A stretch of 64,000 nucleotides of DNA from Dehalococcoidia bacterium. GTDB taxonomy: Bacteria > Chloroflexota > Dehalococcoidia > Lucifugimonadales > UBA1123. The translations under genes were made by a program, and so were the position numbers. Under the pieces are notes generated by a model that was given only the letters and a program-made list of their open reading frames with translations, was not told the origin of the DNA and ran no database searches. Positions 19,727 to 27,669 of this stretch are shown here, piece by piece. Every line of letters starts with the position of its first letter. Positions within the stretch are counted from its first letter, which is position 1. The stretch covers positions 11,644-75,643 of the forward strand of contig JAGWBK010000001.1 of assembly GCA_021295915.1 (NCBI GenBank), in the 5' to 3' direction.

Positions 19727-20413
19727 CTAGCTTCTAGGAGCTGGGACTCTCTCCCTGCTCACGCCGACTCTCTCGAGAACATCCAGAGGCGCTGAGTCAA
19801 GCAAAGCCACAGCATCTTCCAGATCAAGCCCTGAACCTCGCGCAACTTTCATGGCGAAGTCGCGGCTCAGGAGATCTTCCGGCGCGTGAGCGTCGGAGTC
19901 CAGCACCAGCCTGGCACCGGCGGCACGGGCAGTCTTAACGACGTGACCGTTCGCCATACCGTGACCTTTTCGGCCGGATACCTCCAGGAATACGCCATTT
20001 GCCGCTGCTATCCGGGCCTCTTCAAGCGTAATCAGGCCTGGGTGTGCGAGGATATCAACCTCGCCACTTGAGACGGAGGCAAGGTTGGTGCCTTCGACGA
20101 CGGGTTCTGTGATTGTCTCACCGTGGACGTTAATCATCACCGCGCCTAGACGTCTGCACTCGCGAGCAAGCCTGTCAATGTCTTCGCTTGGGGTGTGGGT
20201 TATCTCAACCCCGGGCATAGCTAGAATGTCCCAGCGGGAGTTGGCCATTTCACAGTCGGCGATCAGTGTCTTGAGGATGAACTCCATGTTCCCCGGACCA
20301 ACGTGGTCCGTGATTGCCATCGCCCGATAGCCGGCATGAATCGCGCGCCTTATCAACTCAACAGGGGAAAGCACGCCATCGCTTAGGAAAGTGTGAGTGT
20401 GGAAGTCGAACAT
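19727..20413 (-). CDS. PHP-domain metal-dependent phosphoesterase
   Basis: The N-terminus FDFHTHTFLSDG is followed by the conserved metal ligands ITDH, NVHGE, LAHP and DSDAH. The length is 228 aa. Confidence 0.85.
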   Translation of the reverse strand: MFDFHTHTFLSDGVLSPVELIRRAIHAGYRAMAITDHVGPGNMEFILKTLIADCEMANSRWDILAMPGVEITHTPSEDIDRLARECRRLGAVMINVHGETITEPVVEGTNLASVSSGEVDILAHPGLITLEEARIAAANGVFLEVSGRKGHGMANGHVVKTARAAGARLVLDSDAHAPEDLLSRDFAMKVARGSGLDLEDAVALLDSAPLDVLERVGVSRERVPAPRS

Positions 20414-20433
20414 AGTCTGGTGGGTTCTCGTTT

Positions 20434-21000
20434 TTAGTCTTGCTGAAGCGTCCCGGCGAGTTCGCGCATCTTCGGTCCGGTCTTGCCCATGTAGAACGGG
20501 GGCGGAATCGGAGGATGGGTAACTTTCAGGCAGACGAAGATGGGACCCTTTTGCTCGAGAATCAGGGGCAGTTCGCTGGCAAGGTCTTCCAGGTCGCTGA
20601 ACTCATACGTGCGTTCGAAACCAGCATCTCGGGCCATGGCGGCAAAGTCTAACTTTCCGGAGCCCGGAATCGGCTGACCGCCGGTGGTGAAGTACATCCC
20701 GTCCTCAAAGACGAAGTGAACCAGGTTGTCTGGAGCAGTTTCGGCGATCGTGACCAGGGCGCCAAGATTCATCAGAAGCCCACCATCACCATCGAGGCAG
20801 AGCACCTTCTTGTCTGGCTGCGCTAGTGCTATCCCGAGCGCGACTGATGAAGCCTTTCCCATGGCGCCAAAGATTGGGAGATCAAGGTCAGGCTTCTCGG
20901 TGACCGCCTCCCAGTACCGGTTGGGAGTCATGGTTCCAACGACAACAGCGTCGCCCCTCACATCGTTTATTGCCTTCGCCGCGTCATTGGAGGAGATCAT
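20434..21000 (-). CDS. TPP-binding protein resembling the sulfopyruvate/phosphonopyruvate decarboxylase beta subunit (ComE-like)
   Basis: The TPP motif LDGDGGLLMNLGALVTIAE with a downstream FEDGMYFTTGGQP is present. The product is about 188 aa if the start is the internal ATG at 21000 (AAGGAG upstream). Confidence 0.7.
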   Translation of the reverse strand: MISSNDAAKAINDVRGDAVVVGTMTPNRYWEAVTEKPDLDLPIFGAMGKASSVALGIALAQPDKKVLCLDGDGGLLMNLGALVTIAETAPDNLVHFVFEDGMYFTTGGQPIPGSGKLDFAAMARDAGFERTYEFSDLEDLASELPLILEQKGPIFVCLKVTHPPIPPPFYMGKTGPKMRELAGTLQQD

Positions 21001-21075
21001 ATTAACGTTGCTCCTTGGATTTCGACTCTGGTTGGCAATTTTAGCCAGCGGGCCCGACCGAAACAACTGCCAACC

Positions 21076-21699
21076 TCAGTTAACCTCCCCCCGATACTGG
21101 AACTCTTCCGGCAGCTGGGCAGTAATCTTCAGTGCCAGAAGGGTTCGCTGAGCGGCGAATCTTGCCAAGTCTTCTACGGTCTGGTGCCGAAAGTAGAATG
21201 CCGGCTCAGGAGGGATAATCGCGGCTCCAAGTGAAGCCAGTTTTGTCAGGTTTTCGAGGTGGATCACGCTGAGCGGTGACTCTCTTGGAACGACGACAAG
21301 TGGTCTGCGCTCCTTGATGGTCACATCTGCTGCTCGCCGAATGAGATTGTCTGAAGACCCATAGGCGACTGCTGAAACAGTTGCCATGCTGCACGGCACG
21401 ATCGTCATCCCTTGGACGGGAAATGTGCCACTTGCGATTGGAGCAGCCATCTCCTGGGGACCGTAGTAGTCGAACGACCCGGAGTCTGACCATCGCTCAA
21501 GAGCCGCACCGAACGACTCGTCCATCTCCTGTTTCCACACCATCCTTGCCGTACCTGTGGCAGACGCGATCACAGGTACACCTTCCGACAAGAGGGCATC
21601 GATAGTGTGCAGAGCCAGGATTGCACCGCTGGCGCCGGTCATCCCTACCACTACCGGCGGAGGACGGACATCCTGGGGGATACGGTGACCAGAATTCAT
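21076..21699 (-). CDS. ubiX: Flavin prenyltransferase (UbiX family)
   Basis: VVVGMTGASGAILAL and MTIVPCSMATVSAVAYG are typical UbiX/Pad1 motifs. The start is set at the internal ATG at 21699, which forms an ATGA overlap with the ubiA stop. The upstream 67 codons of the ORF lie inside ubiA. Confidence 0.9.
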   Translation of the reverse strand: MNSGHRIPQDVRPPPVVVGMTGASGAILALHTIDALLSEGVPVIASATGTARMVWKQEMDESFGAALERWSDSGSFDYYGPQEMAAPIASGTFPVQGMTIVPCSMATVSAVAYGSSDNLIRRAADVTIKERRPLVVVPRESPLSVIHLENLTKLASLGAAIIPPEPAFYFRHQTVEDLARFAAQRTLLALKITAQLPEEFQYRGEVN

Positions 21700-22595
21700 C
21701 CTATGTACACAGCCCACACAGTGCCGACAAGCATCGTCGTCGAGACATATGCATTGATCCGCCCGAAGGCAACGCCGAGTCGGGACAGGTTGGACGGCGA
21801 TACGAGGATGTACTTGTAAACAAGAAAGCCAGACGCGGCCACGCACGACAGGAAGTACGGCCACGAGAGCCCCATCCAGATTCCCAGTCCAACCAGACAC
21901 AGGACGGCACAGACATCGAGCGTGCGCGCAATGAGGAACGCCCTGGGTACACCGAAGCGGGATGCAATTGAGTGAAGCCCATTCTGTCGATGGAATTCGA
22001 CATCCTGAGTGTGGTAGATGATGTCAAAACTCCCGGCCCATAGTGCGACTGAAAGTGATATCAGCACAGGTTCCCAGGTCAGGCTGCCGGTCACTCCAAT
22101 CCAGGCCGCGGACGGCGAGATCGCAAGTGCCCAACCTAGCAGTAGATTGGCCGCCCATGTAAAGCGTTTGGTGTAAGGGTACAGGATGAGATATGCGGCA
22201 GCCACAGGCGTCAACATCAGGGCCAGCGTGTTCAGCTGCGAGGCTGCAAATAGAACTACGAAAAGCGAGACCACTGCGAGCGCGGTCATCTCTTTTGCCT
22301 TCAGCTGCCCTTGTGGGATGTGACGCATGGACGCCCTCGGATTCAAGGCGTCTATGTGCCTGTCAATAACTCGATTCGCCGACATTCCGACGGTACGGGC
22401 GCTGACCATCGCAAGGGTTATCCAGCCGAAGGTTGCCCATCCCGGAAAACCGTCGGCAGCCAGCGTCATGCCGATATAAGCGAATGGCAGGGCGAAGATG
22501 CTCTCATGGAACTTGATCGCGTCCAGGTACATTGGCGCCCTGCGCCAGAGGGACGCAGTGGATGCTGCCGTGCTCAGAACCCATACTCCTGCCAT
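21696..22595 (-). CDS. ubiA: UbiA-family aromatic prenyltransferase (4-hydroxybenzoate or naphthoate polyprenyltransferase-like)
   Basis: This polytopic membrane protein has the N-terminus KFHESIFALPFAY and the Asp-rich motif ANRVIDRHIDALN. The start is uncertain: 22595 overlaps ubiD by 22 nt, and 22532 is the alternative. Confidence 0.85.
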   Translation of the reverse strand: MAGVWVLSTAASTASLWRRAPMYLDAIKFHESIFALPFAYIGMTLAADGFPGWATFGWITLAMVSARTVGMSANRVIDRHIDALNPRASMRHIPQGQLKAKEMTALAVVSLFVVLFAASQLNTLALMLTPVAAAYLILYPYTKRFTWAANLLLGWALAISPSAAWIGVTGSLTWEPVLISLSVALWAGSFDIIYHTQDVEFHRQNGLHSIASRFGVPRAFLIARTLDVCAVLCLVGLGIWMGLSWPYFLSCVAASGFLVYKYILVSPSNLSRLGVAFGRINAYVSTTMLVGTVWAVYIG

Positions 22596-24028
22596 CGACT
22601 GTCAACCAGACGCTTGATGTCGTCGCTCATTACGATGTCGGGAGGCCAGTCACGGCTCCTTCCCTCACCCGGAAACTTTGCAGTCGCGTCCACTCCGATC
22701 TTGCTGCCGAACTTCGGCGTAGGCGTTGCATGGTCCAGATCGTCGAGGGGTCCGTCCGCAAGTACAATGTCGGTTGCCGGATCTATGTTATTGGTGACTC
22801 TCCAGGCAACTTCGGACAAGTCCTGCACGTCGACGAAGTGGTCAACTACAACAATAGTCTTCACCAGCATCATCAAGCCAAGTCCCCACAGGGCGTGCAT
22901 GACTTTGCGGGCGTGACCGGGGTACTCCTTACGAATCGACACGATGACCAGATTGTGGAATATGCCTTCTGCCGGCATGTTGACGTCGGCTATCTCTGGG
23001 AGCGCCATCTGCATGGCAGGCAGCATTGTGCGCTCGGCGGCCTTGCCCATGAAAAAGTCTTCAGTTGGGGGCCGACCGACCATAGTCGTGGGGTAGATTG
23101 GATCTCGGCGATGCGTCATCGCGGTGACGTGGAATACCGGGTATGGCTCAGGCGGGGAGTAGTATCCCGTGTGGTCCCCGAATGGGCCCTCGTCCCGCGT
23201 CTCCCCGGGCACAACGTAGCCCTCCAGGACATATTCGGCGTGCGCCGGCACCTCAAGATCCACTGTTTTGCACTTGACCAATTCAACCGGCTCGCCGCGA
23301 ATGGCGCCGGAGGCCGCCAGTTCATCCATGTCGGGGGGCAGGGGCATAGAGCCCGTCCACATAGTAGTGGGGTCGGCGCCTAGCGCAACGGCTACTTCCA
23401 GTCGTTCTATGCCCTGTTCCTGCGCGCGCCTTTCGTGTCTCGTACCAACCTTGTGTGTCTGCCAGTGCATACCCGTGGTCTTCTTGTCGAACACCTGCAT
23501 TCGATACGTGCCGACGTTTCTTCGACCTGACTCTGGGTCACGCGTGATCACAAGAGGCAGTGTGATATAAGGTCCTGCGTCGCCGGGCCAGCATGTGATG
23601 ATCGGCATTTTGTATAGATCGACGTCGTCGCCTGTCAAAACCACTTCCTGGCAGGGAGCACGCCTGACAGTCCGGGGCTGAGTTTTCGCGAGTCCTACGA
23701 TGTCTCCAAGTGCTCGCAGCCTACCTCCGATACCTGTAGGGGGGGCCTGCGCCATGCTGAGCAAGCTCCTGACGCGGTCCACCAGTTCATCGATGTGGTC
23801 CACGCCTAGAGCTAGCGCAACGCGCCTGTGGGTGCCAAAGACATTAATCAGAAGGGGAGTGCTGTGGCCTCGAACGTTAGTAAACAGCAGCGCAGGGCCA
23901 CCACTCTTTACCATACGGTCGGTAATCTCGGTGACTTCCAACTCGGGATCGACTGCGGCGTCGATTCGCTTCAGCTCACCAGACTGTTCGAGGAGCTCAA
24001 TGAATCCTCTAAGGTCTTTAAATGCCAT
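22574..24028 (-). CDS. ubiD: UbiD-family (prFMN-dependent) decarboxylase
   Basis: The N-terminus FKDLRGFIELLEQSGELKRI and the motifs GGPALLF and GPFGDHTGYY are present. The length is 484 aa. The ATG overlaps the upstream stop (TAATG). Confidence 0.92.
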   Translation of the reverse strand: MAFKDLRGFIELLEQSGELKRIDAAVDPELEVTEITDRMVKSGGPALLFTNVRGHSTPLLINVFGTHRRVALALGVDHIDELVDRVRSLLSMAQAPPTGIGGRLRALGDIVGLAKTQPRTVRRAPCQEVVLTGDDVDLYKMPIITCWPGDAGPYITLPLVITRDPESGRRNVGTYRMQVFDKKTTGMHWQTHKVGTRHERRAQEQGIERLEVAVALGADPTTMWTGSMPLPPDMDELAASGAIRGEPVELVKCKTVDLEVPAHAEYVLEGYVVPGETRDEGPFGDHTGYYSPPEPYPVFHVTAMTHRRDPIYPTTMVGRPPTEDFFMGKAAERTMLPAMQMALPEIADVNMPAEGIFHNLVIVSIRKEYPGHARKVMHALWGLGLMMLVKTIVVVDHFVDVQDLSEVAWRVTNNIDPATDIVLADGPLDDLDHATPTPKFGSKIGVDATAKFPGEGRSRDWPPDIVMSDDIKRLVDSRWQEYGF

Positions 24029-25179
24029 TATGAATCGGACCGCTGGTCGGCCATTCTGATCTCGGTCGAAGAGATGTCCTCTCTAAACACCGACTCAGGA
24101 ATCTCAGTGAACATGTCCGAAAGGTCTGCAGGGACATCGATGTCCCTAAGAGTTCCGAAGCCGTCATCCTTAATCCGACCAGCGACCAGGAACGAGCAAC
24201 CTATAGATTTCATCTCCATGAAGGCGGATATCATGTTCGACCGGCTACCGTCGTAATACTTAGGGTCGACGAGGCGTACTAGCGTATCATAGCCGATGAC
24301 GAATACACACCCGGGCAGTAAACGTGCCTTCTCGTAGAATGCCGGCGCTCGGGTAGCGATCACGCTGGCACGACATCTGAACTGATCTATCCGGCTCCTG
24401 ACTTCAGATGGAGCAAGTTCAGGCTTGTCGACGTTGGTGACTGAGAGTTCGAAGACCACGGGCAGTCCCAACTGGTCAGCGGCCGCTGCAGCCAGCTGAT
24501 CATGACCACCATGGCGGGGATTGAAAGAGCCAGAGATGATTCCACCCCTGAATGGAACGTCAGCTTTCTGTACGCCTTCAAGGTCGACCAGTACATGCCC
24601 AACGTGGCCCCTGGTCAAAGCTTCCAGCGGATCACTGAAATCAGTGCCCTCCGGAACAACGATTTCATCCTGAGTCAAACCCATATCGAGCTGATCGTTG
24701 AGACCCAGTGATGACGCTAGTGAGTTAAGAATCAGCCTGCTTACGACCCGGTCCTCCTGCTCTCTCGACCGCAGTCCTTTTACAAACGTTATGGACACGG
24801 TCTCCCAGCCAGTTGGTCCATATACGCAGACGTGACATCTGTGGTCGCCACGCTTAGGGCGATTTGTGGCGATAGTGGCGGTGCTGGCAACGCCAAGGAC
24901 AGGAACATCAGTCTCACGCAGGGCCACGGCTCTTTGGTAAGCCGCTCTTGCGAGCGAAAGCGCCGCTCCGGAAGACACGTACTGGCTTGGCTCCTCACCG
25001 AGATAGTCAACAACGGCTGACGAAGCGTATGGGACCTGGATGTCCAGTATCGTGCCTGAGGCGCCTGCCACACTGAGTATGTCGTTAATGGCCTGCGACC
25101 CGGCTCCAGCTATCACCAGAGATGCCATGCCCTCAGCGCCATGGATAGACTCAATTAGCTTCTGTGAATCTGGCTCCAT
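24028..25179 (-). CDS. Two-domain protein: degenerate CinA-C/PncC-like domain fused to a NadD-type nucleotidyltransferase domain
   Basis: The N-terminal half aligns by eye with the CinA C-terminal pattern (VAGASGTILDIQVPYASSA..., VLGVASTATIATN) but lacks ESCTGG. The C-terminal half has GSFNPRHGGH (the (T/H)xGH motif) and ISSTEIR (the ISSTxxR motif). I prefer the start at 25179 (GGGAGA upstream). Confidence 0.6.
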   Translation of the reverse strand: MEPDSQKLIESIHGAEGMASLVIAGAGSQAINDILSVAGASGTILDIQVPYASSAVVDYLGEEPSQYVSSGAALSLARAAYQRAVALRETDVPVLGVASTATIATNRPKRGDHRCHVCVYGPTGWETVSITFVKGLRSREQEDRVVSRLILNSLASSLGLNDQLDMGLTQDEIVVPEGTDFSDPLEALTRGHVGHVLVDLEGVQKADVPFRGGIISGSFNPRHGGHDQLAAAAADQLGLPVVFELSVTNVDKPELAPSEVRSRIDQFRCRASVIATRAPAFYEKARLLPGCVFVIGYDTLVRLVDPKYYDGSRSNMISAFMEMKSIGCSFLVAGRIKDDGFGTLRDIDVPADLSDMFTEIPESVFREDISSTEIRMADQRSDS

Positions 25180-25343
25180 AAGTCTCCCTAGTCTGAGATT
25201 ACTATAAGCCGAGTCGGTAGCAGACGCAATTGACTTTGCCCTGGGCACTTTTGCGTCGGCAGAACAGTCCAGCTTGTCCGGCACTGACGCCCTGCGCTAG
25301 TATTCGGGCGGCTTGCCCACGTACTTCTCAGCATGATGAATCC

Positions 25344-26576
25344 TTGAATCGAACCAAGCGCTTGTATGACGTTCTGATAATCGGTGCCGGACCGGCCGGA
25401 AACGTGGCGGCTCTCGAACTCGCCGAGGGCGGCGCACGCACAGCTGTGATCGACTACAGAGAGAGGATAGGGGACAAACTTTGTACGGGGGTGATTGGTC
25501 TCGAGTGTGCAAGGAAGTTCCCCGTGTCGAAGGGCCACATTCGACGTCAGGTCGATTCTGCGCTGGTTCACTCCCCGGCAGGTAGATGTTACAGGGTCAA
25601 GAAAAATGGGCCGCAGGCACTCATCGTTGACCGAGTTGCGTATGTCAGTGAAGTCGCCTCGAGAGCGACAGCCCAGGGTGTCGAATACTTCATCGGGTGC
25701 AGAGCAACTGCGATCGACAGGACCCGAAATGCAGTGCGAGTCTGGACGAGGCGCGGACCAATGGTCGAGTGCTTTGAGAGTCGACTACTGCTGATCGCCA
25801 CAGGGTTTCGTTCACCCATTACCCGAATGGCCGGGCTATGTGACCTAAACGACCAGGACTTCATCTTCGGTCAGCAGGTTGAGGTTGCAACTAACGGTCA
25901 GAAAGACGTGGAAGTTTTCGTTGGCGGGGAAGGGGCTCCGGAATCAATAGGGTGGCTCGTGCCTACAACAAACTCACACGGGCTGATTGGCACTATTTCC
26001 CGCCAGAAGCAGGCAGTGTGCCTGGATGCCCTGGTCGCGAAGTTGAGGAACGAGGGAAGGATCGCAGCCAACGTTAACGGGGTCAGTCGTTGGGGTATCC
26101 CGGTCAGACCTCTAACCAGGACATACGGACCTCGCACAATGGTGTTGGGGGATGCTGCGGGATTCACGAAACCGACCACAGGCGGCGGGATCTACTACGG
26201 TATGATGTCCGGTCGAATAGCGGCTGAGACTGCGTTGGAAGTGCTGGACTTAGGTGGAGACCTCTCGGCCCAATCACTCAAGCAGTACGAGCGCCGATGG
26301 AAGCGCGAGTTCGGTCGTGAGATGGATGTCGGTTACTATGCCCGCAGACTGTTCGAGGCGATGAGCAACGAGCAGAAAGAAGAGATCATGAGTGTGTTCC
26401 TGTCAGAGGAAGTGCAAGCGGAGGTGATTGCCGCCGATGACTTCTCGTTCGACTGGCACAGTCGAGCGATCCTGGGCACTGTCAGTAATCGCAACATCGC
26501 AGGAATGATCGTCGGGCTTGGGCCAACGATAGCGCCACTCCTCACCCGGCTGATAAAGACCGCCACGAGCGGATGA
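25344..26576 (+). CDS. Geranylgeranyl-reductase-family FAD-dependent oxidoreductase
   Basis: The FAD fold YDVLIIGAGPAGNVAALELAE and the family motif GDAAGFTKPTTGGGIYYGMMSG are present. The start is uncertain: TTG at 25344 or 25362. The ORF-track TTG at 25230 would overlap the divergent gene. Confidence 0.82.
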   Translation: MNRTKRLYDVLIIGAGPAGNVAALELAEGGARTAVIDYRERIGDKLCTGVIGLECARKFPVSKGHIRRQVDSALVHSPAGRCYRVKKNGPQALIVDRVAYVSEVASRATAQGVEYFIGCRATAIDRTRNAVRVWTRRGPMVECFESRLLLIATGFRSPITRMAGLCDLNDQDFIFGQQVEVATNGQKDVEVFVGGEGAPESIGWLVPTTNSHGLIGTISRQKQAVCLDALVAKLRNEGRIAANVNGVSRWGIPVRPLTRTYGPRTMVLGDAAGFTKPTTGGGIYYGMMSGRIAAETALEVLDLGGDLSAQSLKQYERRWKREFGREMDVGYYARRLFEAMSNEQKEEIMSVFLSEEVQAEVIAADDFSFDWHSRAILGTVSNRNIAGMIVGLGPTIAPLLTRLIKTATSG

Positions 26577-26583
26577 CCCTCAG

Positions 26584-27492
26584 CTATTCTTCGCGGAACA
26601 GCTCCGCAAGGATGCCCATTCGAACGTAGAGAGCGTTTTCGGCCTGTCTGTAGAAGGCCAGCCGCGGATCGCTGACGTTGATAACGAAGTCGCCGCTGCG
26701 CTGCATGGGATCCATGACCACCGTGTGCGGCTGTAGAGAGTCCATAAAGGCCTGGTCCACAACCAGCCTCCCGCGTCCTCTCGTCCTTAGCAACTCCATG
26801 TGAGCCGCCGTTCTCGGGCCATTGAGGTATATCGCGTCAACCTCCGCGAGCGACTCGAGACTGTCACTGCTATGGAACCTGACTCCTCGTTCTGAGCAGT
26901 AGGCAACAACGTCCGAGGGAACCTGACCGCTGAACGGCACCGAGACAACCTCTACTCCATCAAAAAGGGCCAGACCCTTCAACAGGGCAGCAACGTTCCG
27001 GTTTTCGAGACGCCCTACTATGGCAATTTTGCGACCATCGATCTCGCCAAGCTCTCGGTGGATGGTGTAGAGGTCTGCGAGGGCCTGAGTTGGATGATCA
27101 TCGGCGCTGCCACCGTTTACCACGTGCATGGCATCCACGGATGCGGCTCGCTCGGTGACATTCGGGTCCCCACTTCGGACCACAACTACGTCCATCTTCA
27201 GGCTGGCAAGTATGCTGGTTATGTCATCGACGAACCTGGAGCTGTGGACGGGAAAGAACTGGGATGCATCTTCAGTATGGTATGCCTGACCTCCGAGTAA
27301 CCCAACGGCCCTCTCGAACGAAGTTCGGGTAAGGAAACTGGGCTCGTAGAACAGGCAGTAGAGGGCCTTGCCCCTCATGGAGTCAGGAACGGAGTCAGGT
27401 TCCCTGAGTCGATCGCACAGTGGGAATAGGGTCTCTTCGACCCATTCCCTGGTGAGGTGAGTAGTCTTTGTGAGGTGTCTCAGCTGCGGCAT
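26584..27492 (-). CDS. Aspartate/ornithine carbamoyltransferase-fold protein with degenerate catalytic motifs
   Basis: HPTQALADLYTI is conserved. The carbamoyl-phosphate motif STRTR reads SFLTR (codons 52-56, 27325-27339), and the HPLP motif reads MDPMQ. Confidence 0.7.
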   Translation of the reverse strand: MPQLRHLTKTTHLTREWVEETLFPLCDRLREPDSVPDSMRGKALYCLFYEPSFLTRTSFERAVGLLGGQAYHTEDASQFFPVHSSRFVDDITSILASLKMDVVVVRSGDPNVTERAASVDAMHVVNGGSADDHPTQALADLYTIHRELGEIDGRKIAIVGRLENRNVAALLKGLALFDGVEVVSVPFSGQVPSDVVAYCSERGVRFHSSDSLESLAEVDAIYLNGPRTAAHMELLRTRGRGRLVVDQAFMDSLQPHTVVMDPMQRSGDFVINVSDPRLAFYRQAENALYVRMGILAELFREE

Positions 27493-27575
27493 CCTGTCTT
27501 ATCGGACCTTCGCTTGAGCGTTCGAATTCAAGCTGAGATTGTACATGAGCGACCATAACAGAGGCCATTCGTGGT

Positions 27576-27604
27576 TTGACACTCGCAGCCCCCAATGCTA
27601 GATT
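27576..27604 (+). promoter_or_regulatory. Sigma70-like promoter candidate for the zinc-ribbon/dtd operon
   Basis: A perfect TTGACA (27576-27581), a 17-nt spacer, then TAGATT (27599-27604). Confidence 0.55.
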
Positions 27605-27615
27605 TATCGAGGTGA

Positions 27616-27642
27616 TTAGCAGTCCCAAAACAGGACTGCTAA
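27616..27642 (+). promoter_or_regulatory. Perfect 10-bp inverted repeat in the leader (5'-UTR hairpin or operator)
   Basis: ttagcagtcc (27616-27625), loop caaaaca, ggactgctaa (27633-27642). It lies between the predicted -10 box and the SD GGGAGG. No U tract follows. Confidence 0.5.
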
Positions 27643-27669
27643 GTATTCATAAAGACGGGAGGCGGGAAC

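Noticed and set aside
21700-21900. N-terminal extensions in the ORF track: ubiX 21700-21900, dapB 5366-5422, ilvD 50945-51166, prs 38203-38280 and hppA 44817-44867.
   Set aside because: The extensions overlap the preceding gene or a terminator hairpin, have odd composition, and precede internal starts with good SDs and homologue-like N-termini.
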